Source: an uncultured Trueperaceae bacterium (GTDB lineage Bacteria; Deinococcota; Deinococci; Deinococcales; Trueperaceae). Taken from it: a stretch of DNA of 64,000 nucleotides. Shown here piece after piece: positions 19,723-29,281 of the stretch. Both the position numbers and the translations under genes were made by a program. The DNA lies in contig CAVSGP010000004.1 of assembly GCA_963727505.1 (NCBI GenBank), positions 64,001-128,000 on the forward strand. Reading direction: 5' to 3'. The notes below the pieces were generated by a model. That model saw only the letters and a list, made by a program, of their open reading frames with translations, searched no databases and was not told where the DNA came from. How positions within the stretch are numbered: position 1 is the stretch's first letter; each line of letters begins with the position of its first letter.

Positions 19723-21858
19723 TTACTGCGCCCCGGCCTTCTGTTGCGCCTGCTGACGCACCTGGGCCACGGTCGACTTGAGGTTGGGATCGAGCTTGAC
19801 CGCCTGGTCGAACTCGCCGATGGCGTCCTTGTAGCGGCCCAGCCCGTAGTACGTGAGTCCCATGTTCAGGTGCGCCTGGGCGTTGTCGGGATTGGCCTTC
19901 AGCGCCTTGTCGAGCTGCTCCAGTGCGAGGTCGAAGCGGCCCAGCTGGAGGTGAGCGTACCCGAGGTCGTTGAGCACGATGTCGCTCTCCGGGAAGGCCT
20001 TCAGCGCTGCCTGGTAGTTGTCGACCGCGGAGCGCGGATCGCCGGTGAGCTGCTGCGCATAGCCCTCGAAGAAGGCGGTCAGCCCGTTATCGTCGAGCTT
20101 GCGCGAGCGTTGGAAGGCCTGGACGGCCGTCGCGTAGTCCTGCACCTCGAGGGCGTAGAGTCCCTGCTGGAAGGCGGCGCCCGCGTCCGCGCTGAAGGTG
20201 ATCTGTTGACCGCCGGTGAGCTGGCGCTGTTGCTTCAGGAAGCTGAGCCCACGCTCGGCGATCGCCAGGTTCGGCTGCGCCTGCAGGGCCTTCTGGAGCT
20301 CGGCCTGCGCCTGGTCGAACTTGCCGACGCGCCCGAGCGCGAGGCCGTAGTAGGCCAGAGTCTGGGCGCTCGGCTTGGCGCCGCTGGCGTTGACGAGGGG
20401 TTCGAGAAGGCCGAGCGCTGCTTCGGCCCGACCGGCGGCCAGATAGATCCCGGCCAGATCGCTCTCGGCGCTCGCCCCGGTGCCGTTCACGCTCTCGAAA
20501 GTCTGACGCGCCGTATCCAGCTTGCCTTGCCGCGCCTGCGCCACCGTCAACAGGTTGGCGATCCCCCCATCCTTGGGGTTAGCGGTATGGAGCGGCGCCA
20601 GCACGCCTTCGGCGCCGCTGTAGTCGCCCTGTCGCACGAGCAGCTCCCCTTCGGCCGCCTTGAGCAGGGTGGAGTCGGGGTAGGCCTTCTCGCCCTGGCG
20701 AACCAGCGCCAGCGCGCCGTCGGTGACGTCGGCGGGAAGGAGCCTCGCCAGCGCGTACAGCCCGGCAGACGCAGCCATCGGGTCCTGAACGGTCTGCTGC
20801 AGGTAGGCCAGCGCCCCCTTGTCGTCGCCCACCTTGAGCACCTGCTGCACGACCGCGCGCTGGAGCGCAAGGGACTCCGGTAGCGAGCTCCCGGCGTTGC
20901 GCAACGTCTGCAGGGCACGCTGGTCGCTGCTCTGTAGGCTGGCGAGCTGTAGGTAGGCGTCGACCATGCGCGGGTAGGCGCGGATGGCGGCCTGAAGGTT
21001 CTGCGTCGCCTTGGTCGTGTCGCTCTCGGTCCGCGCCAGGCCGGTCAGGGCGACCGCGTTGGCGGGGTTGAGGTCGAGCGCCTTCTGGAACGCGGCCATC
21101 GCCTGCTGGTTCTGGTTGTCTGCCTGCAGAACGACGCCCAGCACCACCTGCGCCTCGACGTCGTCCGGCTGCGCCTTCACAGCCTGCTGAGCGATCGTCA
21201 CGCCGGTCTTGGCGTCGCCGGCGAGCGCCAGCAGGCGCGCGTACTCCGCCTTGACCCAGGCCGAATCGGGATCGAGCTGCATGGCCGTCTTGAGATCGTC
21301 GGGCTTGGTACCGGGGAGACGGGAGGCCGCCAGCGCCACGGGTGCCAGGCTGGGAAGCGACGGAGTCTGCGCTGCGGCCGCGTCGATCCGGTTGAGCACG
21401 GTCGCGCCGAGATCCGGGCGCAGTGCCTGCGCGACGGTCTTGGCCGCGGCGCGGGCCAGCGTGGCCGGGTGTCCGTCGGTGGTCTGGGCGCTCAGCGTCT
21501 GCTGCTGCCCACCCTGGTCGAGCGTCATGGTGACGCTCACGGTAGCCCCGCTACCGTTCACCTTGCCCTGAACGACGGCGTCGGCACCGAACAGCGAACG
21601 CACCGTCGTCAGCGGGTCCTTGCCCGCCTGCCGCGCCTTCTGCATGACCAACGCCACGTCGCCGACGGCGGGAACGTAGACGTTCGGGATCTCGTTGATC
21701 GAACGCTGGAGTGCGGTCGGCAGCCCCAGCTGGTACGTGGATGCGGCGGTGCTGGCGTCGAAGGGCATCACCACCACGCGGGTGGGCGTGGACTGCGCGA
21801 AAGCAGCAGCCGAAACCGCCACGACGAGCGGCAGGAGAAAGCGTAGGGACCTGATCAT
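19723..21858 (-). CDS. secreted tetratricopeptide-repeat protein
   Basis: Signal peptide, N-terminal VVVMPF segment, many TPR repeats. Confidence 0.85.
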   Translation of the reverse strand: MIRSLRFLLPLVVAVSAAAFAQSTPTRVVVMPFDASTAASTYQLGLPTALQRSINEIPNVYVPAVGDVALVMQKARQAGKDPLTTVRSLFGADAVVQGKVNGSGATVSVTMTLDQGGQQQTLSAQTTDGHPATLARAAAKTVAQALRPDLGATVLNRIDAAAAQTPSLPSLAPVALAASRLPGTKPDDLKTAMQLDPDSAWVKAEYARLLALAGDAKTGVTIAQQAVKAQPDDVEAQVVLGVVLQADNQNQQAMAAFQKALDLNPANAVALTGLARTESDTTKATQNLQAAIRAYPRMVDAYLQLASLQSSDQRALQTLRNAGSSLPESLALQRAVVQQVLKVGDDKGALAYLQQTVQDPMAASAGLYALARLLPADVTDGALALVRQGEKAYPDSTLLKAAEGELLVRQGDYSGAEGVLAPLHTANPKDGGIANLLTVAQARQGKLDTARQTFESVNGTGASAESDLAGIYLAAGRAEAALGLLEPLVNASGAKPSAQTLAYYGLALGRVGKFDQAQAELQKALQAQPNLAIAERGLSFLKQQRQLTGGQQITFSADAGAAFQQGLYALEVQDYATAVQAFQRSRKLDDNGLTAFFEGYAQQLTGDPRSAVDNYQAALKAFPESDIVLNDLGYAHLQLGRFDLALEQLDKALKANPDNAQAHLNMGLTYYGLGRYKDAIGEFDQAVKLDPNLKSTVAQVRQQAQQKAGAQ

Positions 21859-21892
21859 CAGGGGGGAGGATACCACCAGGGGGGTGAGAAGC

Positions 21893-22303
21893 CTAAGGCC
21901 CGCCGTCACCGGCCTTCAGACGGAAACCGAGAGGCAGGAGGTCCGCCACCGAGAGCACCTCGCAGCGGCCGGCGTCGTTCACCAGATAGACGGTGGCATC
22001 AGGCGCGAACTCGAACAGCACCTGGCGGCAGGCCCCGCACGGGCTGGCCGGCGGATCGGCCTCCGTGTACACCACCAGCTCCCCGAAGTGGCGGCCGCCA
22101 CGGGTCACCAGCGCCTGCACCGCAGACTGCTCGGCGCAGCGTGACAGCCCGAAGCTGGCGTTCTCCACGTTGCTCCCCGCGATGACGTCGCCGTCGTCGG
22201 CGCGCAAGGCGGCGCCGACCCGGAAGCCCGAGTAGGGGGCGTAGGCGTTGGTGTGCGCCCGGCGCGCCGCGGCGAGCAGGTCCTCCGGCGGTGTGCGTGT
22301 CAA
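21893..22303 (-). CDS. cdd: cytidine deaminase
   Basis: AYAPYSGFRVGAA, NVENAS, CAE and PCGACRQ motifs; TTG start overlaps dgkA stop. Confidence 0.94.
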   Translation of the reverse strand: MTRTPPEDLLAAARRAHTNAYAPYSGFRVGAALRADDGDVIAGSNVENASFGLSRCAEQSAVQALVTRGGRHFGELVVYTEADPPASPCGACRQVLFEFAPDATVYLVNDAGRCEVLSVADLLPLGFRLKAGDGGP

Positions 22304-22671
22304 TGGAACACCCCCAGTCGTACCAGCAGCGGCGGCCCCAGAACGGCCAGTCCCACCAGCAGAGCACAGACCGATGCGATCAGCACCGCGCCGGCGGCCA
22401 TGTCCTTGGACGCCTTCGCCAGCTCGGCGTGACCGGGGGAGGCGAGATCGACCACGCTCTCCAGGGCGCTGTTGAAGAGCTCGGCCGTGAGGACCAGCCC
22501 TGCCGCCAACAAGACGGGCACCAGCGGTGCCCCCAGCCACCACGCCAGCGCCAGGGCGACCACCCCGACGCTCAGCTCGATGCGGAGGTTGGCTTCACGC
22601 CGTAGCGCACGCCACACTCCGCGCCCGGCGTGCCCGAAGGCCGCGGGCAAGCTCGAGCTCGAACGCCTCAC
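22300..22671 (-). CDS. dgkA: diacylglycerol/undecaprenol kinase
   Basis: E-x-N-x-RI, ELFNSALE..VD and KDMAAGAV motifs. Confidence 0.9.
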   Translation of the reverse strand: MRRSSSSLPAAFGHAGRGVWRALRREANLRIELSVGVVALALAWWLGAPLVPVLLAAGLVLTAELFNSALESVVDLASPGHAELAKASKDMAAGAVLIASVCALLVGLAVLGPPLLVRLGVFH

Positions 22672-23126
22672 GTCCCTACCTCGGGCGCCGCGTCGTTGCC
22701 GGCCAGCTTCAGGATCCGGCGTTCGGCGGCCCGGAACGGCTGCCATGCGGCCTCGGACGTGTGGTCGAAGCCGCGCAGGTGCGTGAGCCCGTGGGCGGCC
22801 AGCACCAGCACTTCCTGCTCGAGCCCGACCCCCAGCTCGACGGCTTGCCGCGCCGCGGTATCGAGGCTGATGAAGATGTCGCCCAGGTGGGGCACGGCCG
22901 GGAAGCCGTCGTCATCCGGTTCGACGGTCGGGTAGGAGAGCACGTCGGTAGGCGCGTCGACCCCGCGGTCGCGGGCGTTGCGTTCGTGCATGGCCACGTC
23001 ACCGATCAGGACCACGGTGAGGTCCCGTCCCTCCGATCCCAGCTCCGCCAGCAGCGCGCTCAGGGCGCGCTCCAGGCGGTCAACCGGTCGGTAGTGCTGC
23101 GTCTCGTCGAGGATCTCCACTGCCAC
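22668..23126 (-). CDS. ybeY: rRNA maturation endoribonuclease YbeY
   Basis: PTDVLSY, LGDIFIS and HGLTHLRGFDH motifs; GGAGGAGG RBS. Confidence 0.93.
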   Translation of the reverse strand: MAVEILDETQHYRPVDRLERALSALLAELGSEGRDLTVVLIGDVAMHERNARDRGVDAPTDVLSYPTVEPDDDGFPAVPHLGDIFISLDTAARQAVELGVGLEQEVLVLAAHGLTHLRGFDHTSEAAWQPFRAAERRILKLAGNDAAPEVGT

Positions 23127-25044
23127 GGCGAAGCGACTTGACCTCCTCCGGGGAAGGATAGCTGATGCGGCGGTGAAGGATCGCCGTGAGCATGCGCTCG
23201 AAGGTGTTGGCGATGATCTCCAGGTCATGGAAGTTCAGCGCGCTCTCGGAAAGCTGCTCGTCCTGCAGGCGCTGGTCGAACAACCGGTCGATCATCGCAC
23301 GGATGCTCGACTGGCTCGGCTCGGTCAGCGTGCGAGACGCCGATTCGACGGTGTCGGCCAGCATCAACACGGCCGTCTCCTTGGAGTGCGGCTTGGGGCC
23401 GGAGTAGCGGAAGTTCAACTCGTCGATGTTGGACGCATCCTCGAGCGCGCGCTTGTAGAAGTAGCTCAGCACGGTGGTGCCGTGATGCTCCGCGACGTAG
23501 GGGGCGAGCTCGCGCGGCATCTTGAACTCGCGCAGCAGCTCGAGCCCGTCGCGCACGTGGCTGGTGATGATCAGGTAGCTGAGGTGGGGGCTGACGTGGT
23601 CGTGAGGATTCTCGCCGCTGAACTGGTTCTCGACGAAGAAGTGCGGCCGACGCATCTTGCCGACGTCGTGATAGAGCGCACCCACCCGCGCCTGCAGGGC
23701 GTTGCCACCGACGTTCTGCACCGCCTGCTCGACCAGGTTGCTGATGATCAGGCTGTGCTGATAGGTGCCCGGCGCCTCGATGAGCAGGCGCTGCAGCAGC
23801 GGGCTGGTCGGGCTGGAGAGCTCGAGCAGCCGGTAATCGGTCAGGAACCCGAACCCGCTCTCGGCCAGCGGCAGCAGCCCCAGGGCGGTGATGCCCGCGA
23901 GCACCCCCCCGGCCAGCATGAACAGGGCTCCCAGCGCGGTGCCACCGGCGGTCATGCCGCCCCCGACCAGCACCAGCACCACCATCGTGGCCCCGCTGGC
24001 GAGTCCGCCGATGGTTCCGGCCAGCAGCAGCGCCACGCGGCTGCGCACCGTGAGCACCAGCAGGCACGCCACCACTGAGCCGATCAACGTGCCGCCCAAC
24101 ACGAACATCGGCGCCAGCGGCGCCAGCAGTCCCACCGCCAACGCCATCCACACCGCCCACATCAGCCCCGCGGTCTCGGAGATGAGGACCGCCACCACCA
24201 GCGGCACCAACAGGCCGAACAAGAAGTTCCCCGAAGCCAGCAACGCCAGCCGCTGGACCGCCACCACCGCCAGGGTCAGCACCACCAGGAACGTGAGCTG
24301 TGACATGGAGAGACCGGGCGCCAGGCTACGCCGCGCATACAGCAACGGGGCGCTCAGAAGCAGCGCCAGCAGGAACGAACCCAGCAGGATCCAGAAGGTG
24401 CCCTTGAGCTGCGCCGTACGGGCGCTGTACAACCCGAGCGCCTCCAGCACCCGCAGGTTGTCCTCGGTGAGCGTGCTTCCCTCGCGCACGATGATCTGAC
24501 CGGCGCGCAGCGACTGCATCACCGGCTGCACGGCCGAGGCCGCGGCGTCGCGTGCCGCCTCGGTGAGCTTGGCGTCCGGCACCGACGTGGCCACCAGGTA
24601 ACGCTGCAACAGCAGCCGCACGCCACGCTGGCGGTCCGGCGGCGCCTTCTGCACGGCCTGTTCGACCAGGGAAGGGATCTCCGTGTCCTTGACCCCGTTG
24701 GGGTCGCCGTAGGCGTTGACGATGAAGTCCACCACGTCGGGGGGCAGACTCGATGAGGTGACGGCGCTCGTGACGAGGTTCTGCAGCTCGGCGTCGCTGG
24801 TGTAGACGGCGCCGATCTGGGCCCGGGCCGCCTGCCGCTCGCGCTCGGTGGCGATGCGGTCGATCACCTGAGTGTCGACGGGCGCGACGAAGGTCTGCGG
24901 GCTCACCTCGCCGGCACGCAACGCCGAGGCGCCGCGACCGCCGTAGACGCTGAAGAGCAGCGCGGTGAGGGCCGCCACGGACAGCGCGAACAACAGCCAT
25001 AGCCGCGCGTCGCGTCGACGCGGGCGTCTAGGTCTGCTGCTCAT
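23080..25044 (-). CDS. pgpH: 7TM-HD phosphohydrolase, PgpH-like cyclic-di-AMP phosphodiesterase
   Basis: Extracellular domain, multiple TMs, APGTYQHS, YHDVGK, FFVENQ, EHHGT and LADTVE motifs; phoH-ybeY context. Confidence 0.85.
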   Translation of the reverse strand: MSSRPRRPRRRDARLWLLFALSVAALTALLFSVYGGRGASALRAGEVSPQTFVAPVDTQVIDRIATERERQAARAQIGAVYTSDAELQNLVTSAVTSSSLPPDVVDFIVNAYGDPNGVKDTEIPSLVEQAVQKAPPDRQRGVRLLLQRYLVATSVPDAKLTEAARDAAASAVQPVMQSLRAGQIIVREGSTLTEDNLRVLEALGLYSARTAQLKGTFWILLGSFLLALLLSAPLLYARRSLAPGLSMSQLTFLVVLTLAVVAVQRLALLASGNFLFGLLVPLVVAVLISETAGLMWAVWMALAVGLLAPLAPMFVLGGTLIGSVVACLLVLTVRSRVALLLAGTIGGLASGATMVVLVLVGGGMTAGGTALGALFMLAGGVLAGITALGLLPLAESGFGFLTDYRLLELSSPTSPLLQRLLIEAPGTYQHSLIISNLVEQAVQNVGGNALQARVGALYHDVGKMRRPHFFVENQFSGENPHDHVSPHLSYLIITSHVRDGLELLREFKMPRELAPYVAEHHGTTVLSYFYKRALEDASNIDELNFRYSGPKPHSKETAVLMLADTVESASRTLTEPSQSSIRAMIDRLFDQRLQDEQLSESALNFHDLEIIANTFERMLTAILHRRISYPSPEEVKSLRRGSGDPRRDAALPTG

Positions 25045-25993
25045 AGGCCAGGATGATCTGCGCGACCAACGGATGGCGAACCACGTCAGCCTTGCTGAAG
25101 GTGATGAAGGCGATCCCTTCGATGCCCTGCAGGATCGACTCGGCGGTCGACAGGCCGCTCCTGACGCCGCCTGGCAGGTCGGTCTGGGTGGTGTCGCCGG
25201 TGACGACGACCTTGCTGTTGAAACCCATGCGCGTCAGGAACATCTTCATCTGCTCGGCGGTGGTGTTCTGCGCTTCGTCGAGGATGATGAAAGCGTCGTT
25301 GAGGGTGCGCCCGCGCATGAAGGCGAGCGGCGCCACCTCGATGGTGCCGAGCTCGAGGAGCTTCTCGACCCGGTCGGCCGGTAGCATGTCGTACAGGGCG
25401 TCGTACAGCGGGCGGAGGTAGGGGTCGATCTTGGCCTGCAGGTCACCCGGAAGGAAGCCGAGACGCTCACCGGCCTCCACGGCTGGGCGGGTCAGGATGA
25501 TGCGCTTCACCCGACGATGGGTGAGCGCCTCCACCGCCATGGCCACGGCCAGGTAGGTCTTACCGGTGCCGGCCGGTCCGCTGCCGAACACGATCGGGTT
25601 GTCGTGGATAGCGGCGACGTAGCGCCGCTGACCCGCCGTCTTGGGCTTGGCGCGGCCGGGCAGGTGCGGCTCCTCCGGAGGGGGCTCGGTTGCGGGGGGA
25701 CGGTCACGGAGGCGCTCGAGATCGCTGTACTCGAGCTCGGTCAGCGAGACCCCCCCACCGCTGCGGATGGTGTCGATCAGCGAGCGGAAGGTCCGCGCTG
25801 CTTCCTCGACGTCCGCCTCCTCGCCCGTCAGGCGCAACTCGTCGCCGCGCGCGACCACAGTCGCGCTCAGTCGCGTCCTTAGGAGTCGGAGGTTCTCGTC
25901 GTTCTGCCCGAAGAGGGACAGCGCCTCCGCCGGGCTCCGGAGCTTCAGCGTGACCGAGGTCGCGATGGTACCCTCCCGCGCCGACGTTTCCAT
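25028..25993 (-). CDS. phoH: PhoH family ATPase
   Basis: GPAGTGKT, RPAVEAGERLGFLPG, FMRGRT and DEAQN motifs. Confidence 0.95.
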   Translation of the reverse strand: METSAREGTIATSVTLKLRSPAEALSLFGQNDENLRLLRTRLSATVVARGDELRLTGEEADVEEAARTFRSLIDTIRSGGGVSLTELEYSDLERLRDRPPATEPPPEEPHLPGRAKPKTAGQRRYVAAIHDNPIVFGSGPAGTGKTYLAVAMAVEALTHRRVKRIILTRPAVEAGERLGFLPGDLQAKIDPYLRPLYDALYDMLPADRVEKLLELGTIEVAPLAFMRGRTLNDAFIILDEAQNTTAEQMKMFLTRMGFNSKVVVTGDTTQTDLPGGVRSGLSTAESILQGIEGIAFITFSKADVVRHPLVAQIILAYEQQT

Positions 25994-26796
25994 GCCGGCT
26001 CGTCCAGGATCTCGTGCCAGATCAGGCCGCTCACGATGGACTCGCGGTCGAAGCGAAGCCTCCCCACGCCCACCAGTCTAGCGCCGTCGCGGCCTGCGCG
26101 TCGTCGCGCGTGGGCGGGCATCGCGTCGGGGCGCCGTGCCCCGTCGGACGACGCAGGCGGACGACGCTCCCGCTGACGGGCCCTCGAGGGCGCATCACCC
26201 GCGGCAGTCCGCGTTCGCAACTCGGCCTCGCCCGCCGTCTCCCTGCCCGCGCGAGGATCCGACGTCGGGGGCATGCCTTCGCGCCCCAGCCCTGGTCCGG
26301 CACGCTGCACGTCCCCGGGGCCGACGAGTCCCTTCTCGAACGGGTCATCCGGGACCAGCCGACCCTGCCCGGAGGGCCGCGGCTGGCCCCCGAACGGGTC
26401 CTCCGGGACCATCGACCGACCCTGCGTGGTGGGCCGCGGTTGTCCCCGGAAGGGGTCCTCCGGCACCATCGTCCGCCGCCGGTCGGCGGGCGCCAGGGGC
26501 TCGAAGGGATCCTCGGATACCAGCGTGCGCCCCTGTGCGGGCCGGGTCGAGGCCTCGGCCGTTGCCCGCTCGCGCGCTTCGCGCACCCGCCTCTGCGCCT
26601 CCGCCACCCACTCCGGAAGGTCTCCCTGCCCGCGGGGTGGCACCTGCTCGGCGGGGGAGCCGTCCGGCGCGGGAGGCCGGGTGGGGCCCTGCCGACTCGT
26701 GGGCGGCCGATTGCGCTCGCGCAGCACGCGCGACACCAGCGGCAACACGATGAACACCACCACGAACAGCAAGGTCAGCAGGGTGTCGAAGCTCAC
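25945..26796 (-). CDS. membrane-anchored hypothetical protein (YqfB-like position) with internal repeats
   Basis: N-terminal TM, disordered repeat region, C-terminal [15 protein letters not shown] overlap with floA stop. Confidence 0.7.
   Translation of the reverse strand: MSFDTLLTLLFVVVFIVLPLVSRVLRERNRPPTSRQGPTRPPAPDGSPAEQVPPRGQGDLPEWVAEAQRRVREARERATAEASTRPAQGRTLVSEDPFEPLAPADRRRTMVPEDPFRGQPRPTTQGRSMVPEDPFGGQPRPSGQGRLVPDDPFEKGLVGPGDVQRAGPGLGREGMPPTSDPRAGRETAGEAELRTRTAAGDAPSRARQRERRPPASSDGARRPDAMPAHARRRAGRDGARLVGVGRLRFDRESIVSGLIWHEILDEPAWKRRRGRVPSRPRSR
26335..26535 (-). repeat. four imperfect 54-57 bp repeats encoding V(P/S)(E/D)DPF
   Basis: [10 protein letters not shown] / [10 protein letters not shown] / [10 protein letters not shown] / GRLVPDDPF. 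Confidence 0.8.
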
Positions 26797-27773
26797 GACT
26801 CCTCGTCGCCCTCCAGGCCGGCAGCACGGCCGATGCTTCCCCGCATGCTGGTGTCGGACTGGATGTTCTGCAGGTTGTAGTAGTCCATCACGCCCAGATT
26901 GCCCTTCTGGAAGGCCTCGGCGATGGCCCGGGGCACCTCGGCCTCGGCCTCGACCACTTTGGCGCGCATGGCGGACACCTGCGCGCGGTTCTCTTGCTCG
27001 GCTGCTACGGCCATGGCGCGCCGCTCCTCGGCCTTCGCCTGCGCGACCCGCTTGTCGGCCTCCGCCTGGTCGGTCTGCAGCTGGGCTCCGATGTTGCGTC
27101 CCACGTTCACGTCGGCGATGTCGATCGACAGGATCTCGAAGGCGGTGCCGGAGTCGAGGCCCTTGGCCAGCACGGCTTTCGAGATGGTGTCGGGGTTCTC
27201 CAGAGTGTCCTTGAAGCTCTTGGTCGAGCCGATGGAGGAGACGATGCCCTCACCTACGCGAGCGATGATGGTCTCCTCGCCGGCGCCACCGACCAGGCGC
27301 TCGAGGTTCGCCCGCACCGTGATGCGCGCCGTGGCGATGAGCTCGATGCCGTCCTTGGCGACGGCGCTGACGTTGGGGGTCTGGATGACACGTGGGTTGA
27401 CGGAAACCTTGACGGCGTCCAACACGTCACGGCCTGCAAGGTCGATGGCCGCCGCCCGGTCGAACGGAAGGTGGATGCGTGCCTTGTCGGCCGCGATGAG
27501 GGCGTCGACGACCCGATCGACGTTGCCGCCGGCGAGGTAGTGCGCCTCCAGTTGGTTCTGCTCCACCTCGATACCCGCCTTGTCCGCCTTGATGAGCGGC
27601 AGGATGATCCGGTTGGGTGGCACCCTTCGCAGCTTCATGGCCACCAGGCTCGGGAGTCCGACCTGGACACCGGCCGCGATCGCCGAGATCCACAGCCCGA
27701 TCGGAACGACCGAGAACAGGATCAGGAAGAAGAGGACGATGGCGCCCGCGATGATCAGCAGGGTGTAGCTCAT
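26793..27773 (-). CDS. floA: flotillin-like protein FloA (YqfA)
   Basis: [38 protein letters not shown] and [17 protein letters not shown] motifs. Confidence 0.95.
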   Translation of the reverse strand: MSYTLLIIAGAIVLFFLILFSVVPIGLWISAIAAGVQVGLPSLVAMKLRRVPPNRIILPLIKADKAGIEVEQNQLEAHYLAGGNVDRVVDALIAADKARIHLPFDRAAAIDLAGRDVLDAVKVSVNPRVIQTPNVSAVAKDGIELIATARITVRANLERLVGGAGEETIIARVGEGIVSSIGSTKSFKDTLENPDTISKAVLAKGLDSGTAFEILSIDIADVNVGRNIGAQLQTDQAEADKRVAQAKAEERRAMAVAAEQENRAQVSAMRAKVVEAEAEVPRAIAEAFQKGNLGVMDYYNLQNIQSDTSMRGSIGRAAGLEGDEES

Positions 27774-27825
27774 AACACCTCCAAGGTGGGGGAACGCACG
27801 GGATCGGCGGGGTCGCCGTCCCGGG

Positions 27826-29196
27826 TCAGGCTTCTTGCACGTCGCCCGTTTCGGGCTCGACGGCGCGGACCGTGACACGCATGCCCTCGACATGCAACAC
27901 GGTCAATCTGCTTCCGACAGGGATGTAGTCGCCCTCGCTCACGACATCGACGCGTTCCGTGTCGAAACGCGCCACGCCTGCGGGCCGCAGGTCGGACACC
28001 GCGATGCCCTCACGTCCAGCCAGGTAGGCGCGGTCGGCGCTGCCGGGGGGACCCACGGTCGATGGCGAGGGGGGATTGGTGATCCGGGCGGTGAGCCGGA
28101 ACGCAGCGGCGATCCTGCTGTGCGGCAGGACCCACAACAGGGCCGCCACCAGCACGCCGCCGAACAGCGCGCTGTACCCCAGCACGGTCGCGGCGGAGCC
28201 CTGGAAGATCCGCACGATGGCGACGATCACCGCGGCGATCCCGAGCACGCCTGCCACCCCGAAACCGGGGATCACCAGCACCTCGGCGGCGAGAAGCAAT
28301 ACGCCGGCAACGATCAGGAGGATGTCCAGTGGACCGGCCGGGGTAGCAACGAAGGCGCCGGTGGCCAGCAGCACCAGCGCCACCAGCCCCAACCCTCCGA
28401 AGACCCCGAAACCGGGTGTGAAGATCTCGATGAGCAGGCCGCCAACACCGATCACCAGCAGTGCGGCGGCCGCGATGGGCGTCGTCAGGGCACCCGCGAG
28501 GCGTTCGCTCAGGTTCGGCCCCATGCGGGTGACGGCCGCGCCGCCGTAGCCCCACTGCTGCAGAGCGTCGCGCACGCTGCTCGCCTGGATGTTGGCGATG
28601 TTGTTGTCCACGGCCTCCTTGGCCGTGAGCGTGACAAGCTCCTTGTCGGTCGCGATGCCCGGGATGGACACGGACGGGTCGACCATCCCCTCGGCGACCT
28701 GGGCATTGCGCCCCCTCGCCTCGGCAACGCTCCGGAACTCGCCGCGCATGGCGGAGTTGTACTTCTCGTTGACGGGTTTGGCGCCGGTAGGGGTAGGCGT
28801 GATCGGGAGAGCGGCCCCGATCGAGGAGCCCGGCAACATGGCCAGCTTCTCGGCGCTCATGGCGATGAGCGCGCCGGCGCTGAAGGCGTTCTGCGCCACC
28901 GCCAGCGTGGGCACCTGGGCGTCGTTGAGCACGGCGTCGACGATCGACTGCATGGCCGTGATCCGTCCGCCGGGGGTATCGAGGTAGAACAGCAGCGCCA
29001 GGGGTTGGTCGCGGTTGGCCCGCGTGATGCGGGCCTTGACGAATTGCGCCGTTGCCGGCGTGATCTCGCCTTCGATGGGCACGAGCCAGACACTGTTTCC
29101 CCCCGCCTGCGCGCGACCGACCGCGCCGGTCGCCATCAGCGCGAAGGTAACGGCCAGGACGAGGGCGAGCCGGGTCGGCCAGGAGGCTGTCCTCAC
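27826..29196 (-). CDS. nfeD: NfeD family membrane-bound serine protease (YqeZ-like)
   Basis: LDTPGG, SAGALIA, TM bundle, C-terminal DLRPAG OB-fold; upstream of floA. Confidence 0.9.
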   Translation of the reverse strand: MRTASWPTRLALVLAVTFALMATGAVGRAQAGGNSVWLVPIEGEITPATAQFVKARITRANRDQPLALLFYLDTPGGRITAMQSIVDAVLNDAQVPTLAVAQNAFSAGALIAMSAEKLAMLPGSSIGAALPITPTPTGAKPVNEKYNSAMRGEFRSVAEARGRNAQVAEGMVDPSVSIPGIATDKELVTLTAKEAVDNNIANIQASSVRDALQQWGYGGAAVTRMGPNLSERLAGALTTPIAAAALLVIGVGGLLIEIFTPGFGVFGGLGLVALVLLATGAFVATPAGPLDILLIVAGVLLLAAEVLVIPGFGVAGVLGIAAVIVAIVRIFQGSAATVLGYSALFGGVLVAALLWVLPHSRIAAAFRLTARITNPPSPSTVGPPGSADRAYLAGREGIAVSDLRPAGVARFDTERVDVVSEGDYIPVGSRLTVLHVEGMRVTVRAVEPETGDVQEA

Positions 29197-29281
29197 AACA
29201 CCAGTGTAGCACGCACCCCGGCCCGGCGAAGGACCGGGATGCGCCCTACAGTACTGTCCTGGACGCTGTTCCCGCGGATCG

